Source: Botryllus schlosseri
Lineage: Eukaryota
DNA: 64,000 nt
Assembly (NCBI GenBank): GCA_051294905.1
Contig: CM119371.1
Location: forward strand, 8,062,001 to 8,126,000
Direction: 5' to 3'
Shown: positions 39,653 through 51,548 of the stretch, piece after piece
How the letters are laid out: every line of letters starts with the position of its first letter
Numbering within the stretch: the stretch's first letter is position 1
Notes under the pieces: generated by a model
What the model was told of the DNA's origin: nothing
Seen by the model: the letters and a program-made list of their open reading frames with translations, nothing else
Database searches by the model: none
Translations under genes and position numbers: made by a program

Positions 39653-41200
39653 ATTTAGGCTTAGACACGCTTTCCTGTTCCTGGACCGATGATCTCAGGC
39701 TGAGTCTGGATCGATAAGGTATGGGCCTATAATAGGGTTACCATATATCTGTGATACAAATTCCGGACACTCTTCAGCGCCCACTAGAGGATTTCAGAAT
39801 GAGTTATGACGTCACAGACCAGAGGTGGTCACGATCCGGCTCAGGAGTATGTGGCTGTGTGTTGTGTAACCAGGACCGAAAGCACATGTTTTCAGCCCCC
39901 ACTGTTAAAAATATTCTATGCCAAATTACTGGTCTGGTCCTGGCAGCAGTTTCACGACTCTGAGACCGGTAAATTTGAAAAATATTTTCCCGTAAATCAT
40001 ATTGACCGTAATTTATTTTTACAAAGACTGACTGTTAAAATTTCTAGGGAAAATTCCCGTTACGTGACGTAACGGAAAACGGCTGTAATACCAAGTTACT
40101 GCATGGTCTGGTCCAGTGCAGCAGTTTTACGCTGATGAGACCAGTAAATTCGAAATAACTCTCATCGTAATGTGATTTTACATATGTTGACCGTAGAAAA
40201 TTTTACGGAAAATTTCCGTAACTAAACGTAACAGAAATCTGCTGTAATATCAATATACTCGTCTGGTCCCTTGCAGCAGTTTTACATTCCTGAGACCAGT
40301 AAATTTGAATCAGGTTTATTTGATGGGGGAACACGTAAAAAGAAGTAAATGTGGATAATGACGTAAATCCAGTTTTTCTTGTGGAGATCATCAGTCAACA
40401 GTCGCCTGAATGAAGAGGGCTTCATCAAAACTTCAGCAGCAGTTGAAGGACTGTACTTTTGGCCATGCTCTTTTGTAGGTTCTTCTATAATCTGAACAAA
40501 ATTATGCAGTCGTAAACACAGTTACAATTTGGAAACTTTGAGACGCTATAGTATGACATACTGCGACTTTTCATATTCTTGTTAATTTCTCGAATAATGA
40601 TGGCCTAGGATAGGGGTGTCGAACATACGGCCCGCAGGCCGCATGCAGCTTGCAAAGCAATTCTGAGTAGTTTGAAAAACCACTGTATTTCCCAGCACAT
40701 TTTCTAACAAATGTTGAGATATTATTGTAAGAAATACTTCCCGGAGTTCTCGCAAGGCCACAAATGTCAAGATCATAGGCCGTAATATAATTATCCGACA
40801 GTGGTGTTATGGTTTTACTCTAGTCATCATCAGGAACAAGTTGGTGATACTGACATCCAATTCCCAAGACTCCAAAAAGTGCACACTGAGTTCAGATTTT
40901 TATGAAAAAATGAGACAAAAAGTAGTTCTTCGTAAAGTGAAAAAGAAACTGTTATATGCCGGCCGCATGGAGAATATAATAGTTACAAAAAATACAATTC
41001 AAATATATTTGTTCGCACTGCTGTATCACTTCTACTCAAAGGCCCCAGATAGACAGAGAAACACGAATGACGATTAATAATGAGCCAAATTCTAACGTCT
41101 GCGTTTACAATTAAATCACTTGTGTTCCTTAAAGCGCATACGCCGAGTTAACGGCAGATTACGAATAAAACAAAGGGAGCATACAAATATGTCAGCTTAT

Positions 41201-43046
41201 ACGGCCGTAAACCAAACTTTACGCTGATTGGTCGAGAGACAATGGCCATGGATACGACGCAGCAACGGAGGACGCTGCATTTACTTCAACATATAGTCGG
41301 CACTACGATGTATTCCTATAGCCGTGTAGACTGTATAAAAACGACAAGATTACAGTTAAATGTTTATTTCTTCATCAATAATGAAATTAGGAAAGGAAAT
41401 AAAATATTTAATAACAAATACTGAAATATAATGCCGCAATACTACTGTGTTTATGAATGCAGTGCCACCAATGGCAATGAACTGGGGAAGAACAGATCTT
41501 TCCATTCATTTTCTTCCAACGCAAAGGACAGAAAGGCTTGGGAAGGCAGAGTATAAGAAGGCAGGACTATTTGTGGCATACATTTGGGCCTGAATTTGAT
41601 GCCAATAAGAGTGATTTACTTGTCATTATCTAGCAGCAGTCAAATAAAAACTCCTTTCCTGTGATTTCTGCCCGAGTTCAAATTTCATGAACTCATTGCA
41701 TGTGCTGTTACGATACCTCAAGCACACCAGTGCAGATGAGGTCTGCTCAGCTAGAATCACTCTATCATGTGAAGCACCCAGATATCCATATGGAAAAAGA
41801 ACATGACCAATCTTTGCTACATTCACATGCGTGATGCTTAGTAGTCTTGAATGGCGCTTTCTTCGTGCAATAACCCCCACAATATTGAATACCTGTCCAT
41901 ACTGTACTGTCATTGAAGTGATTTGAAAAGAGATGTTGCATATGGAGTACATGCTGTCTTTTTCCCCTCAAAGCAGTCCAAAATCCTACCAAAATTGCTA
42001 CTTGTGAGTCGAAGAGCCCTATGTATTTACCCCATTCTGCACATCCTCTCTGTTCTGATGTTCTGTGGGCTTAGGTAGCTAATCTGCATATGACTGACTT
42101 CGTTGGCTTCTCACCCTAAGATTCAGGTGATGGATTTGAAGATTCCATTTCAAGGCTACACGATGGCGATTCTAGATCAGGATCCCCAGATGACAATGTA
42201 AGATTTGCATGTGCAGCATCCACAACATTGCAGGAAGACAGTTGACACGGCATGGAGTTCAGGGTCCGCCTCTTTGCAATGCGCATAATCTTCTGCTTCA
42301 CCACGGAGATTGCGACTGGGAATCGCACCTCTCTTTAGACGTGACTGTATTGGTATATCTATAATGCACTAGCAGCAAAATCTTCCTTGCAAAATTGGTA
42401 GGAGCAAATTATTATTATTATTATTATTGTACACAACTGTGGTGCTTTTAGCCTGTTTAAGGCTTTGTGCTCCACGACATGACAGTACTTGAACTGATCA
42501 ATGCATTTATTCTTGTCTTTGACATTCTTTCCACTCTCTCATGCATCGGCTCGCGATTCATCGGCTCTTTAGCTGCCGACTTGTAGCTCGCCTCACTGTG
42601 AATTCTGGGCTTTTTAAGTCAGTGCAACTGCAGTGAGGTCGGCTATGAGGAGTAAATGAAGCTTGTGGAAGTAGGCTTGAAATCCTGCCTTCTTACTCTG
42701 CATTCCCAAGCCTTCCTGACCTTTGCGTTGGAAGGAAATGAATGGAATAATCTGTTCTTCCCCAGTTCATTGCCATTGGTGGCACTGCATTCATAAACAC
42801 AGTTGTATTTCGGCATTATATTTCAGTATATGTTATTAAATATTTTATTTCCTTTCCTAATTTCATTATTGATGAAGAAATAAACATTTAACTGTAATCT
42901 TGTCGTTTTTATACAGTCTACACGGCTATAGGAATACATCGTAGTGCCGACTACATGTTGAAGTAAATACAGCGTCCTCCGTTGCTGCGTCGTATCCATG
43001 GCCATTGTCTCTCGACCAATCAGCGTAAAGTTTGGTTTACGGCCGT
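41201..43046 (-). mobile_element. Decayed, internally deleted THAP + YqaJ-exonuclease DNA transposon (ISL2EU-like) with ~365-bp TIRs
   Basis: Inverted repeats 41199-41566 and 42683-43048, AT at both outer ends. Minus strand from ATG 42816: MPKYNCVYEC...FHSFPSNAKVRKAWECRVRRQDFKPTSTSF / ICSYQFCKEDF / RLKRGAIPS (THAP), then TSEQRGCAEW / RALRLTSSNFGRI / YLGASHD / GVLEV / HSYWHQIQAQMYAT (YqaJ-like PD-(D/E)XK motifs). Multiple stops and frameshifts; no DDE domain seen. Confidence 0.8.
42410..42647 (-). mobile_element. Short retroposed insertion with (AAT)n tail interrupting the THAP domain
   Basis: TSD AGGAGCAAAT (42400-42409) / AGGAGTAAAT (42648-42657); (TTA)n at 42409-42428; removing it rejoins ...PTSTSF to ICSYQFCKEDF. 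Confidence 0.75.
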
Positions 43047-43483
43047 ATTGCGTCGTTAGAGTCAGTGATTTAGCGGTTGAATTCAAACGACCAATCTTTG
43101 AATTTTTGCCAAAATTCCGTTGTTTGCGAGTAAAGGTGCTGCTAAAATATATCCATATGATATGATCGTGAATGTTATGTAATATACCAAAATGTATACA
43201 GGATTGACAATAAAATATTCAAGCGAAAAGTTAAGGGCGGGCGTTTTGAGGTACCGTAACATTTTGGAATGATTTGACTGATCCGACCCGCGAGCGGTTT
43301 GAAAGTTTGAATCCGGCCAGCGACGCAAGTTGAGTTTGATAGCCCTGGCCTAGGACTTCGTACCTGAATCATCTTTTCCAGCATGATTGCAAACTTTTCT
43401 GGCACTATTCTTTTGCATCGCACGTCCAATGTATTTCGCACGGCACCGTGCTAGAAGCGAGAGGCGAAATGATCCCTTTCTAT

Positions 43484-44465
43484 TAGGGATGGTGTGAACC
43501 TCTGAAAGGTTCAGGTTCGTGTGAACGCGAACCTTTTTGAAAGGTTCTGTGTGAACGCGAACGTGAACCTCATGACGTCACGTGACGTCATATTGCTAAT
43601 TCTAATCATACATTTCAGTGAAGTGATAGCCTATGTTAATGTATACGATACCTAGCGACGACTCGGGTAATATGATGCCACAATGCTGAAGTACATACTG
43701 ACGTTTTAAACGTCGCCAAATGTATCAACTGGTGCCATCAAATGATATAATAACACCATAAAATCAATATCTTCTGTCGCATTGCCAACAATTTCGACGA
43801 GCACTTGCAAGGGAATCTAAACTTACACCTTAAGAGTCTAGGCCAGACGGGACAATGTATCCGGCGTTTCAGTATTGCTAGGTTGATATTTACCAGAGTG
43901 TAAAACGGGGTTCCAATTTCTATACTCGCTACCGATAGTAGACAACACCCCAATCGCACGGATTTGGTTTTTATGATACAATAAATATATGAAGTCAAGA
44001 ATAACCCCGTAAGCTTGCTAGATTTTTTACATCAGACAACGATATCAATTTCATTGATTGGTTGAATAAGCATCATTCGCTGACGACATGTAATGTATTT
44101 CGCTCTTTATCGTGTGTGATTGCGGGTCAAGCACACAGCAGAGAGTCACTAAATATTCACAAACGGAAAACTGGATTTTTCGAGCAAACTTTTGTAACAA
44201 AGCATGTAAATATTTTGAGATTGTCAAGGTGCATGCTCGTTTAGTGTTGATTTTTTTATGCTGTCAACGCCATGCATAGAGTGGCCCGCAGTTGAAATGC
44301 AATAAATTTCAACTAAACATGTCATAATGAAGTGAAAATTGTAATATATATGAAAAAGGTTCACAGTGCAGAACCTACCAAGGTTCGTTTGTGAACGTGA
44401 ACCTCTGAATTTCTGAGGTTCACACACAGAACGCGAACGTGAACCTCACGTTCACACCATCCCTA
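43484..44465. mobile_element. hAT-like MITE (TAGGGATGGTGTGAAC TIR)
   Basis: Perfect 16-bp TIR, perfect TSD ctttctat, GTGAAC subterminal repeats. Confidence 0.93.
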
Positions 44466-44794
44466 CTTTCTATCACATAAGCATTCGACGTCACGATTCA
44501 TAATGCCATAACGCTTCCATTTTCGTGTAGTTCAAAGTCAGAAAATGTAATACATTGTTATAAGCCGTAGCTTCTGTTCACCATTAAACTGTAACGAAAA
44601 TAGATTCGTCTTCAGAAACAGGACTGAGAATAACTTGCCAGGTTTGAGCTCGGATACTGCTATACTTACAATATCTGCTATCAACACCTGCAATATTCTA
44701 AAGCTAAAGTTGAGTTGTGGCTTCGAAACCCTCAATATCTTACAGCAACGCATCTTGTTATTATCCAATACGAAAACATCGCGTCGATATAATA

Positions 44795-46712
44795 CAGGGC
44801 CGGCCAACCCGTGACCCGCGGGCCATATGTGGCCCGCGAGAAGGTTTAGAGTGGCCCGCGAGGTAATTTCCGAAATTATTAATATCACCAAAATGGATTG
44901 CACAGATTGTAAACTTGCAAGGCCAAACAGAAATACGATTAGTGTCTGGCACTTGAGATGTGATGACTAAAATATCAGTTCCGGCGCTTTGGCAGATCCA
45001 TCAGCCAGTCACATATTGGTAGATATTCGTACACTACAATAAAGCAGAATAATTTGCGATGGGTTTATCAAATGTAAAATTTTGGACAAGCTTCGCGCAA
45101 CATGTTGTCACTTGAGTTCTTGTTTTTGATATTGTTGCCCCATTGTGAAAACGAAAGAACTCCTAATGCAGGGGTCACCAACACGCGGCCCGCGGGCCGC
45201 ATGCGGCCCGCAAGGTCATATTGTGCGGCCCGCGACTTGATTTGAGATTTCGGAAGAAAGCTAAGAAGACCATTTTGAAATGGTGAAATTGACTACCGTT
45301 CAACATATTGTTGTTGCAAATAAGCTATTCTCCGTTGCTCAACATCACTATCCGTCACTATAGCTAAATGGCTGTGGTGATGGCAACAGCATTCCATCGA
45401 GGGATAATCCGCTGATATGAATGAGTTATTACCTTGACTTGTAATGGCCCAAACACTGACAAGACCGAGACGCTTAGAAAACGGCTTAGGGCAGTGGTTC
45501 TTAAGCTCGGGGCACATCTCCCTTGTGGGAGCGTGAAAGCTCCTGACGGAGCGACGGAGCTGCGCCCAGTTACATTTTTTTCGCGCTTCGCGCGATATAC
45601 CTCATTTTCGTAGTTGTTGCTCTGTGTATAGTCCAAAATTCATATTGTAGAACTCTCATCAACAGTCCTTTCCGTGCCGTCAAACTATTCGTTGGGATTA
45701 CTAGCATTCTGGTTGCATTTTATGATATGACGAAGGGGGGCGCGAATTTTTTCAGTATCACAAATGGGGGCTGTCTAAAAAAGTTTGAGAACCACTGGCT
45801 TAGGGCTTCCCACAATTTCAAGCTTTATGTGGAGATGGTCTTTCAGCAAGTAACGTATCTTGTTGACCCCAATATCGATTCCTTAGTTGCTGAAAAGCGT
45901 TTCCAGGTATCCTGCACAGCTCAGAGTTCAAAATAAAATAAAATTGATGATAATTATTTTTTATATTTGTATTCCTTCAATAAAATATTACTTCTTTAGG
46001 GTCACTATGCTGTTGTTAGGTAGCATTTAGTTGTGCTGAAGTAGTGTTTTAGAACGTGGTTGCCTATTTATATCGATAGCGAGTTCGTGCGGCCCGCGGC
46101 CGCTACGAAATTTGAAAAGTGGCCCGCGACCCGTTTTGAGTCGGCGACCCCTGTCCTAATGTATCAGATTGAGTCTAACTATATTCGCGATTACGAGACA
46201 AAGTGTCGTTCAACATATGCGACCTTGCGTTTGCACTCGCAGTTAGACCGTCGACTATGAAACCTAGGCATAAAATGATTGACGCATTTCCTATATCCAA
46301 GTGTTGGAGGTTTTTCTAGGCTACTCCTCGCCACCTTATCCGCGTAAGCGGTGTCTTACGAAAAGCCTAGAAGTGGGCCCTGCTGTAAGTCGGCAGTTAC
46401 GGAATAAAAATAAAGAATATATCGATCTGGTGTAAGTGACCATAGAAGTCGACAAACACCATGAATACCTCAAAACCAACCAACCAATTGACGCGTGTTG
46501 GTCGCAGCTTTCGATATTGATATGTCCAGGCGCCGCGTAGCCCAGTTCTCGCAAATTTAGCCCAGCGAAATACAGCAGGCCCGCAATATAGTCAAGGGAC
46601 AATATTATTGACCTATGAACTTAAAAAAATTCGCGCTTCGCGCGGCTGGTGGCCCGCGCAATAGTTCGTCAATCGAATGTGGCCCTTTGGCTGAAAAGGT
46701 TGGCCAGCCCTG
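44795..46712. mobile_element. Three-level nest of hAT-like MITEs
   Basis: Outer CAGGGCCGGCCAACC...GGTTGGCCAGCCCTG (TSD not retained); middle 45169-46153 with TSD tcctaatg; inner 45492-45797 with TSD gcttaggg. Confidence 0.82.
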
Positions 46713-47774
46713 AAATACCTATCTCGGAACATTAAGCCGCACGTGCTCACAGGCTCAGATGTCTGACGTCTGACGTCTGACGCCGCTATGTCTGGAATAT
46801 GTATGACGTCATAATTAACCGTTCGCTCGAGCAGCCACGAATTCATGATCAAACAATTCATAAGGCCATTCGCAGGAAAAAGGTAAAGGACGTGTACCAC
46901 TCTCGGCGCAATGGCAAAGGAGCATGGCGGCTATACGCCAGCTCCAGTGTTTCGATATATAGTTTGCATCATACATGCGTTAAGGAGTCTACAATGGTGG
47001 CAGAACTGGTCCAGCAGATAATTACACAAAAGATCATACCTGCAGTAAAACTACTTAACATACCAAATTCGCTTGGCATGCTACTATTGCTAGACCTTGA
47101 TGTCTCAAAGGATACTATTTATAAATTGATATAAACGATGGTATATGCAATGTCCAAATGTTCGGATACCATTCACCGATTAGCATTCAGCACGGCCATC
47201 GATGTCGTAATTTGCTTGATGATTGAAACATGATGTAATGACGAAAATCACATATATATGTCCATAATAAGACCGTAAGCGTGTAAAATGATCGAATTGT
47301 AAGTGCAATAGCAATGTTGCAAATAATGATTATCCAGTAAATCGCTTTTACGAATGCCAAAGTAAATCCGGAATACTGATTATCCAGTAAATTGCTTTTA
47401 CAAATCAAAAAGTAAATCTGAAATACTGGTTATCCCGTAAATTGCTTCTACGAATTTAATCTGTAATTTTTTTACCCTTTAAAAACAAGTAAATTTACTT
47501 TTGACGTGCCCGTATATTAATTTAACGGGCATTTACCGTTAATATAACTGACGGGACGAATTTTCCAGTATAATTTGGGTAAATCTACGAATATTTCTAA
47601 GACTTCCACCCTAATAAACAATGATTTTGAGCCCACACTATAGGGTAATCGATGCAACTACCGGGGGAGGGGGTGTCTGTTATATGAATCTGGTTTCTAT
47701 ATGCATCTGGTCGTTAAGTTATTTGAATGAATTCTGTCAATAATATTGGTCGTTCCATATATTACTATATAGAT

Positions 47775-49169
47775 CAGTGGTTCTCAACCTTTTTGGCTTC
47801 GCGGACCCCTTTTGACCGTTACGGACCCTCGCGGACCCCCTCAAGTTTTAGTTCAAATTTGGCTCAATTGAGGTGCAACCGTCATCTGTCTTGTGCAAAT
47901 ATCAACTGTAGGCCTGTGATAAACAGCAACAGAATGACTTTCTTGAAAATAACATCTTACTATTTATATAGAAATTAGGTAGACTTCTATCATTTCAAAT
48001 CTTATTTTCCAGCTGTATTTTTTGAAGTACGTATGGTCGTGCGTTGAAAATCTGCGACTTCGATATGATATGAACGATGAGTGCCGAAAATCCATTTCCA
48101 TAAAGATATATGGAAGCTAATGCAATAATAACGCTAGGGTTACCATATACGTACTTATTTTTCGAGTTTTTGAAAATGTCCTCCGAGGACGCCTAAATGT
48201 CCTCATTTTTGGCAAATCATCCTCTTTTACAGCTTTTACATCTAAGATTATAGATATATTCGAGTGAAGATGGGAATTTGTGGAAATTTGTGGTCCGATA
48301 GCAGGCGACGACGTTTTTTTAGTCAACACCACTCATTTTGAGAAAAAGTGTGTAAATCGGCATTAGAACGAAAGTAATGACCAATCATTTTTTTCAGCAA
48401 ATATAACGAAATCGGCTGATTTTAGTTTTCATCGACCAACTTTTCTGAATTGATAAAAGTGTCGTCCTTTCCCTATTCCAAAATATGGTAACCCTAAATA
48501 ACGCTTAACGCTTCCGACGATACTTTTGGTGTGATCGCAACATTTATGGCACCAAAGAAGAAGAAACATATTTCTAATGAACATATATCGTCCAGCCTAG
48601 TCATTTTTATCTAGCATCTCATCTTGAAGTTATTCTAGGATAGTGGTCATGTATATATATCACGGGATAAAATGGATTTCGTGGCGAGGTATCAATCTCT
48701 TCATTGGGATAAATGAGAGAAAATACTTCAGAAATTTTTATTTCAAACGACTGTTCACTACCTTGATTAGGCTGACGACTTCAAATCGAAAAGGTTCTGG
48801 TAACATTACTAAGTCACGCTGATTGACCTTACTATATTTCCATATTTTATTTTGTCCACAAACACCAACAAAACGTCTCTGAACAGTAATATGTTTGTAT
48901 TAGCAGGTTATTGGCAATTCGGCAATTAAAACGAATTTGTACAGTAGGGTTAGGGTTAGGGTTAGGGTTTCATGTTAGACGATTAGTATAATGATGTAAG
49001 TCATGAGGTTTTAGCAGTTGTGGTGCGAACCTGCCTTATGAATTCTAAAATAAAATTAAAAATTAAAATTACGTCATCAATCATTTTGAAAATTTAGTGG
49101 TCTCGCGGACCCCCTGAAATTGCTTCGCGGACCCCTAGGGGTCCGCGGACCCCCGGTTGAGAACCACTG
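47775..49169. mobile_element. hAT-like MITE (CAGTGGTTCTCAACC TIR) with nested MITE at 48135-48496
   Basis: Perfect 15-bp TIR and TSD atatagat; inner TAGGGTTACCATA...TATGGTAACCCTA with TSD aataacgc; same family as 53815-54674. Confidence 0.93.
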
Positions 49170-50419
49170 ATATAGATACTACTCTCTGCCCACATGGTCA
49201 CAGTTAGCGGGTGGAGGATGATGAGTTCGAAAATACAGGGAGCGTAATTGCACATCGTTAACTCATTTTCATGTCCCACCGATAAGATTGTTTAACATCC
49301 TTGTGCCGGTGCGCACCACTGAGGTTTATAAACACCCCACATCCAGTGGTTTCCAACCTTTTATAGTCGCGACTCCACTTTTATTTCATTTTTTGCGAGC
49401 GTGGTTGTCACCATATTATATTCAATAAATGTGATAGTAAATCGCGCCCGGCGCGAAGAAAAATATCATGCATCAGCATAAATATTTCCCAAAACTACTG
49501 TTTTAGGCTGATTTACGAAAAAAAATTATGAGTCTACGTCAAGTCTTCAAAATTCCGGACATTTGGCATATTTTAGAAATGCCTCCCGGCCACTAGTTTG
49601 AACAACGAAATTCCGGGCATGTCCGGGAAATTCCGGACGTATGGCAACCCGAGCCTATAACTAATTGTCAATGCCACCAAGCTTGCTGATCCATAGGAAA
49701 AATTCACCTAGTTCGTATTCGTACGGCATTTGTCTGTACTACCGACTTTGTAATTTTGCGAACTCTACCGATTTAAATTTAGCACCCTCTGCAGAGCAAA
49801 ATCAAGTCCACCACGACGTATGTCCTACCATATTCCTTCTGCAGCCTAATCTAAGCTAAATTATACTGTTGGAACTTATTCCTCTTTATATATAAAAACA
49901 TTTGAGATACTAAAGATAATTTGGCATTATTTCAGCCAGTTTGCCAATATAGTACGATTGCCCTAAGAGCCATCCCGCAGTTGGCAACCCTGGCCGATAT
50001 AACCGTGTTGTAATCATGAATCTTATGTTAGTAAAATTATTCAACAAGGTGCAAGTGTTGGCTTTGACAATCACAAGGATACCGTACGATGTTCTTGAAA
50101 GATATGTTGATTTGTGTATCGCATAGATAAGTAGTGAATGAAGCTTAAGCCTATCCATAAATAACCGTCATCAATTACTCGTATTGTGTGGGTTTGTATA
50201 GGAATGCATTCCTGTTTTTAACGCCCACCGTACCATCCGATCGGCTAGCATACCTTTGTACTGTGAAGCATATTTTCGAATGTTGTCAATTGACGCTAGT
50301 CGCAACATTGATGCTACGATTCAAGTGAAGTCTTCATCTTTTGTGCGTTCTAAATGCGAACACATTCACGTCACGATGACATAAATGTCGATTTGGTGGA
50401 AAAGTGATATTGTTGCGAG

Positions 50420-51548
50420 CAATGTTCCCTCTAAGCTGCGCACGTGCGCAAATGCGCAGTGCTGAGACGGTCTCTGCGCACAGAAATTCTAGGTTGCCCA
50501 CAAAAATTCCGAAGTGATGACCTTTTTTTTAGTCGTTACGCACCGTTTTCGAAGGGTCTGCGCAGTGAGTTGGTGAGTGTGCGCAGACTTGTGATAACTT
50601 TACTGTGAATCTGAATAACAACCGTATTTCCCTCTGTGACTCAACAAAATATCTTGGAATTGTCATTGACTTTAAATTGTCATGGAAACCGCACATTGCT
50701 CATACCATTACTCAGCTTTCTAGGTGTGTTGGTGTAATGACCCGACTCAGGCACATAGCTCCTAGATCTGTACTTGGGACAATTTATTTTTCACTTTTCC
50801 ACTAGTATCTGCAGTATGGCATTATTGTATGGGGTACTGCATGCACCTCTCATTGCTCTAAAATTCGAACCCTGCAAAACCGAGCCATGCGTTTGATGGC
50901 CGGCCTGCCCCTTCGAACCAGACTGTCCCAGTTCTACCGCAAACACTGAATCTTGAAATTTGATGACATATTTGTATTTGAAGTTGCAAAATTAATACAT
51001 CGATATTTTTCGAATGACTTGCCTCCCGTCTTCAACCATTTATTCGTGCTTGCTCGAAGTGTACATTCCCACAACACCAGATATTCTTCCAAGGGCAACA
51101 TCCATGTACGCCCTCCCACCAGTAACCTCACAAAGAAATCAATCGAATATGTCGGTCCTGATATCTGGAACACTATACCTACATCTATCAGAGACCTTCC
51201 TTATCACCTATTCAAAGAAGAATTATTCAGACACCTTATCTCCTATTACTAACACCACTTGTCTTACCCTTTTTTCCATGTTATTGTTATTATTTATGTT
51301 ATGCTATGATGAATTAGATAATCCCAACGAACTGCGACCAAATTTATAAAGACTATCTGTCACTGTTAATGCAGGGTGTGATCAGACTAGTTGACCCTAC
51401 CCAGAGTCATATCGATTACACCCTGTCCTACACCGTTAAGTATCTTGTTATAATTTCATGCGCCAATGTTATTTTCGTTTCGGTTGGACGAATCAATAAA
51501 TATTTCTCTCTCTCTCTCTCTCTCTGTCAAAAATTAGAGGGAACATTG
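50420..51548. mobile_element. hAT-like MITE hosting a LINE fragment
   Basis: TIR CAATGTTCCCTCTAA...TTAGAGGGAACATTG; perfect TSD gttgcgag. Confidence 0.92.
50605..51525 (+). mobile_element. 5'-truncated L2/CR1-group LINE (RT C-terminal region plus 3' UTR)
   Basis: KYLGIVIDFKLSWKPHI...IYFSLFH*YLQYGIIVWG...LQNRAMR...HSHNTR...GPDIWNTIP...FKEELFRHL in one frame with two internal stops; AATAAA at 51496 followed by a (CT)n tail. Confidence 0.92.

Noticed and set aside
39929..40310. CRISPR-like repeat-spacer pattern
   Set aside because: Eukaryotic context, degenerate repeats, long related spacers and no cas genes.
41242..41424. Near-identical ORFs MAMDTTQQRR... at 41242 (+) and 42823 (-)
   Set aside because: They lie within the TIRs; identity reflects the inverted repeat. 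The real coding signal is the THAP frame just inside.
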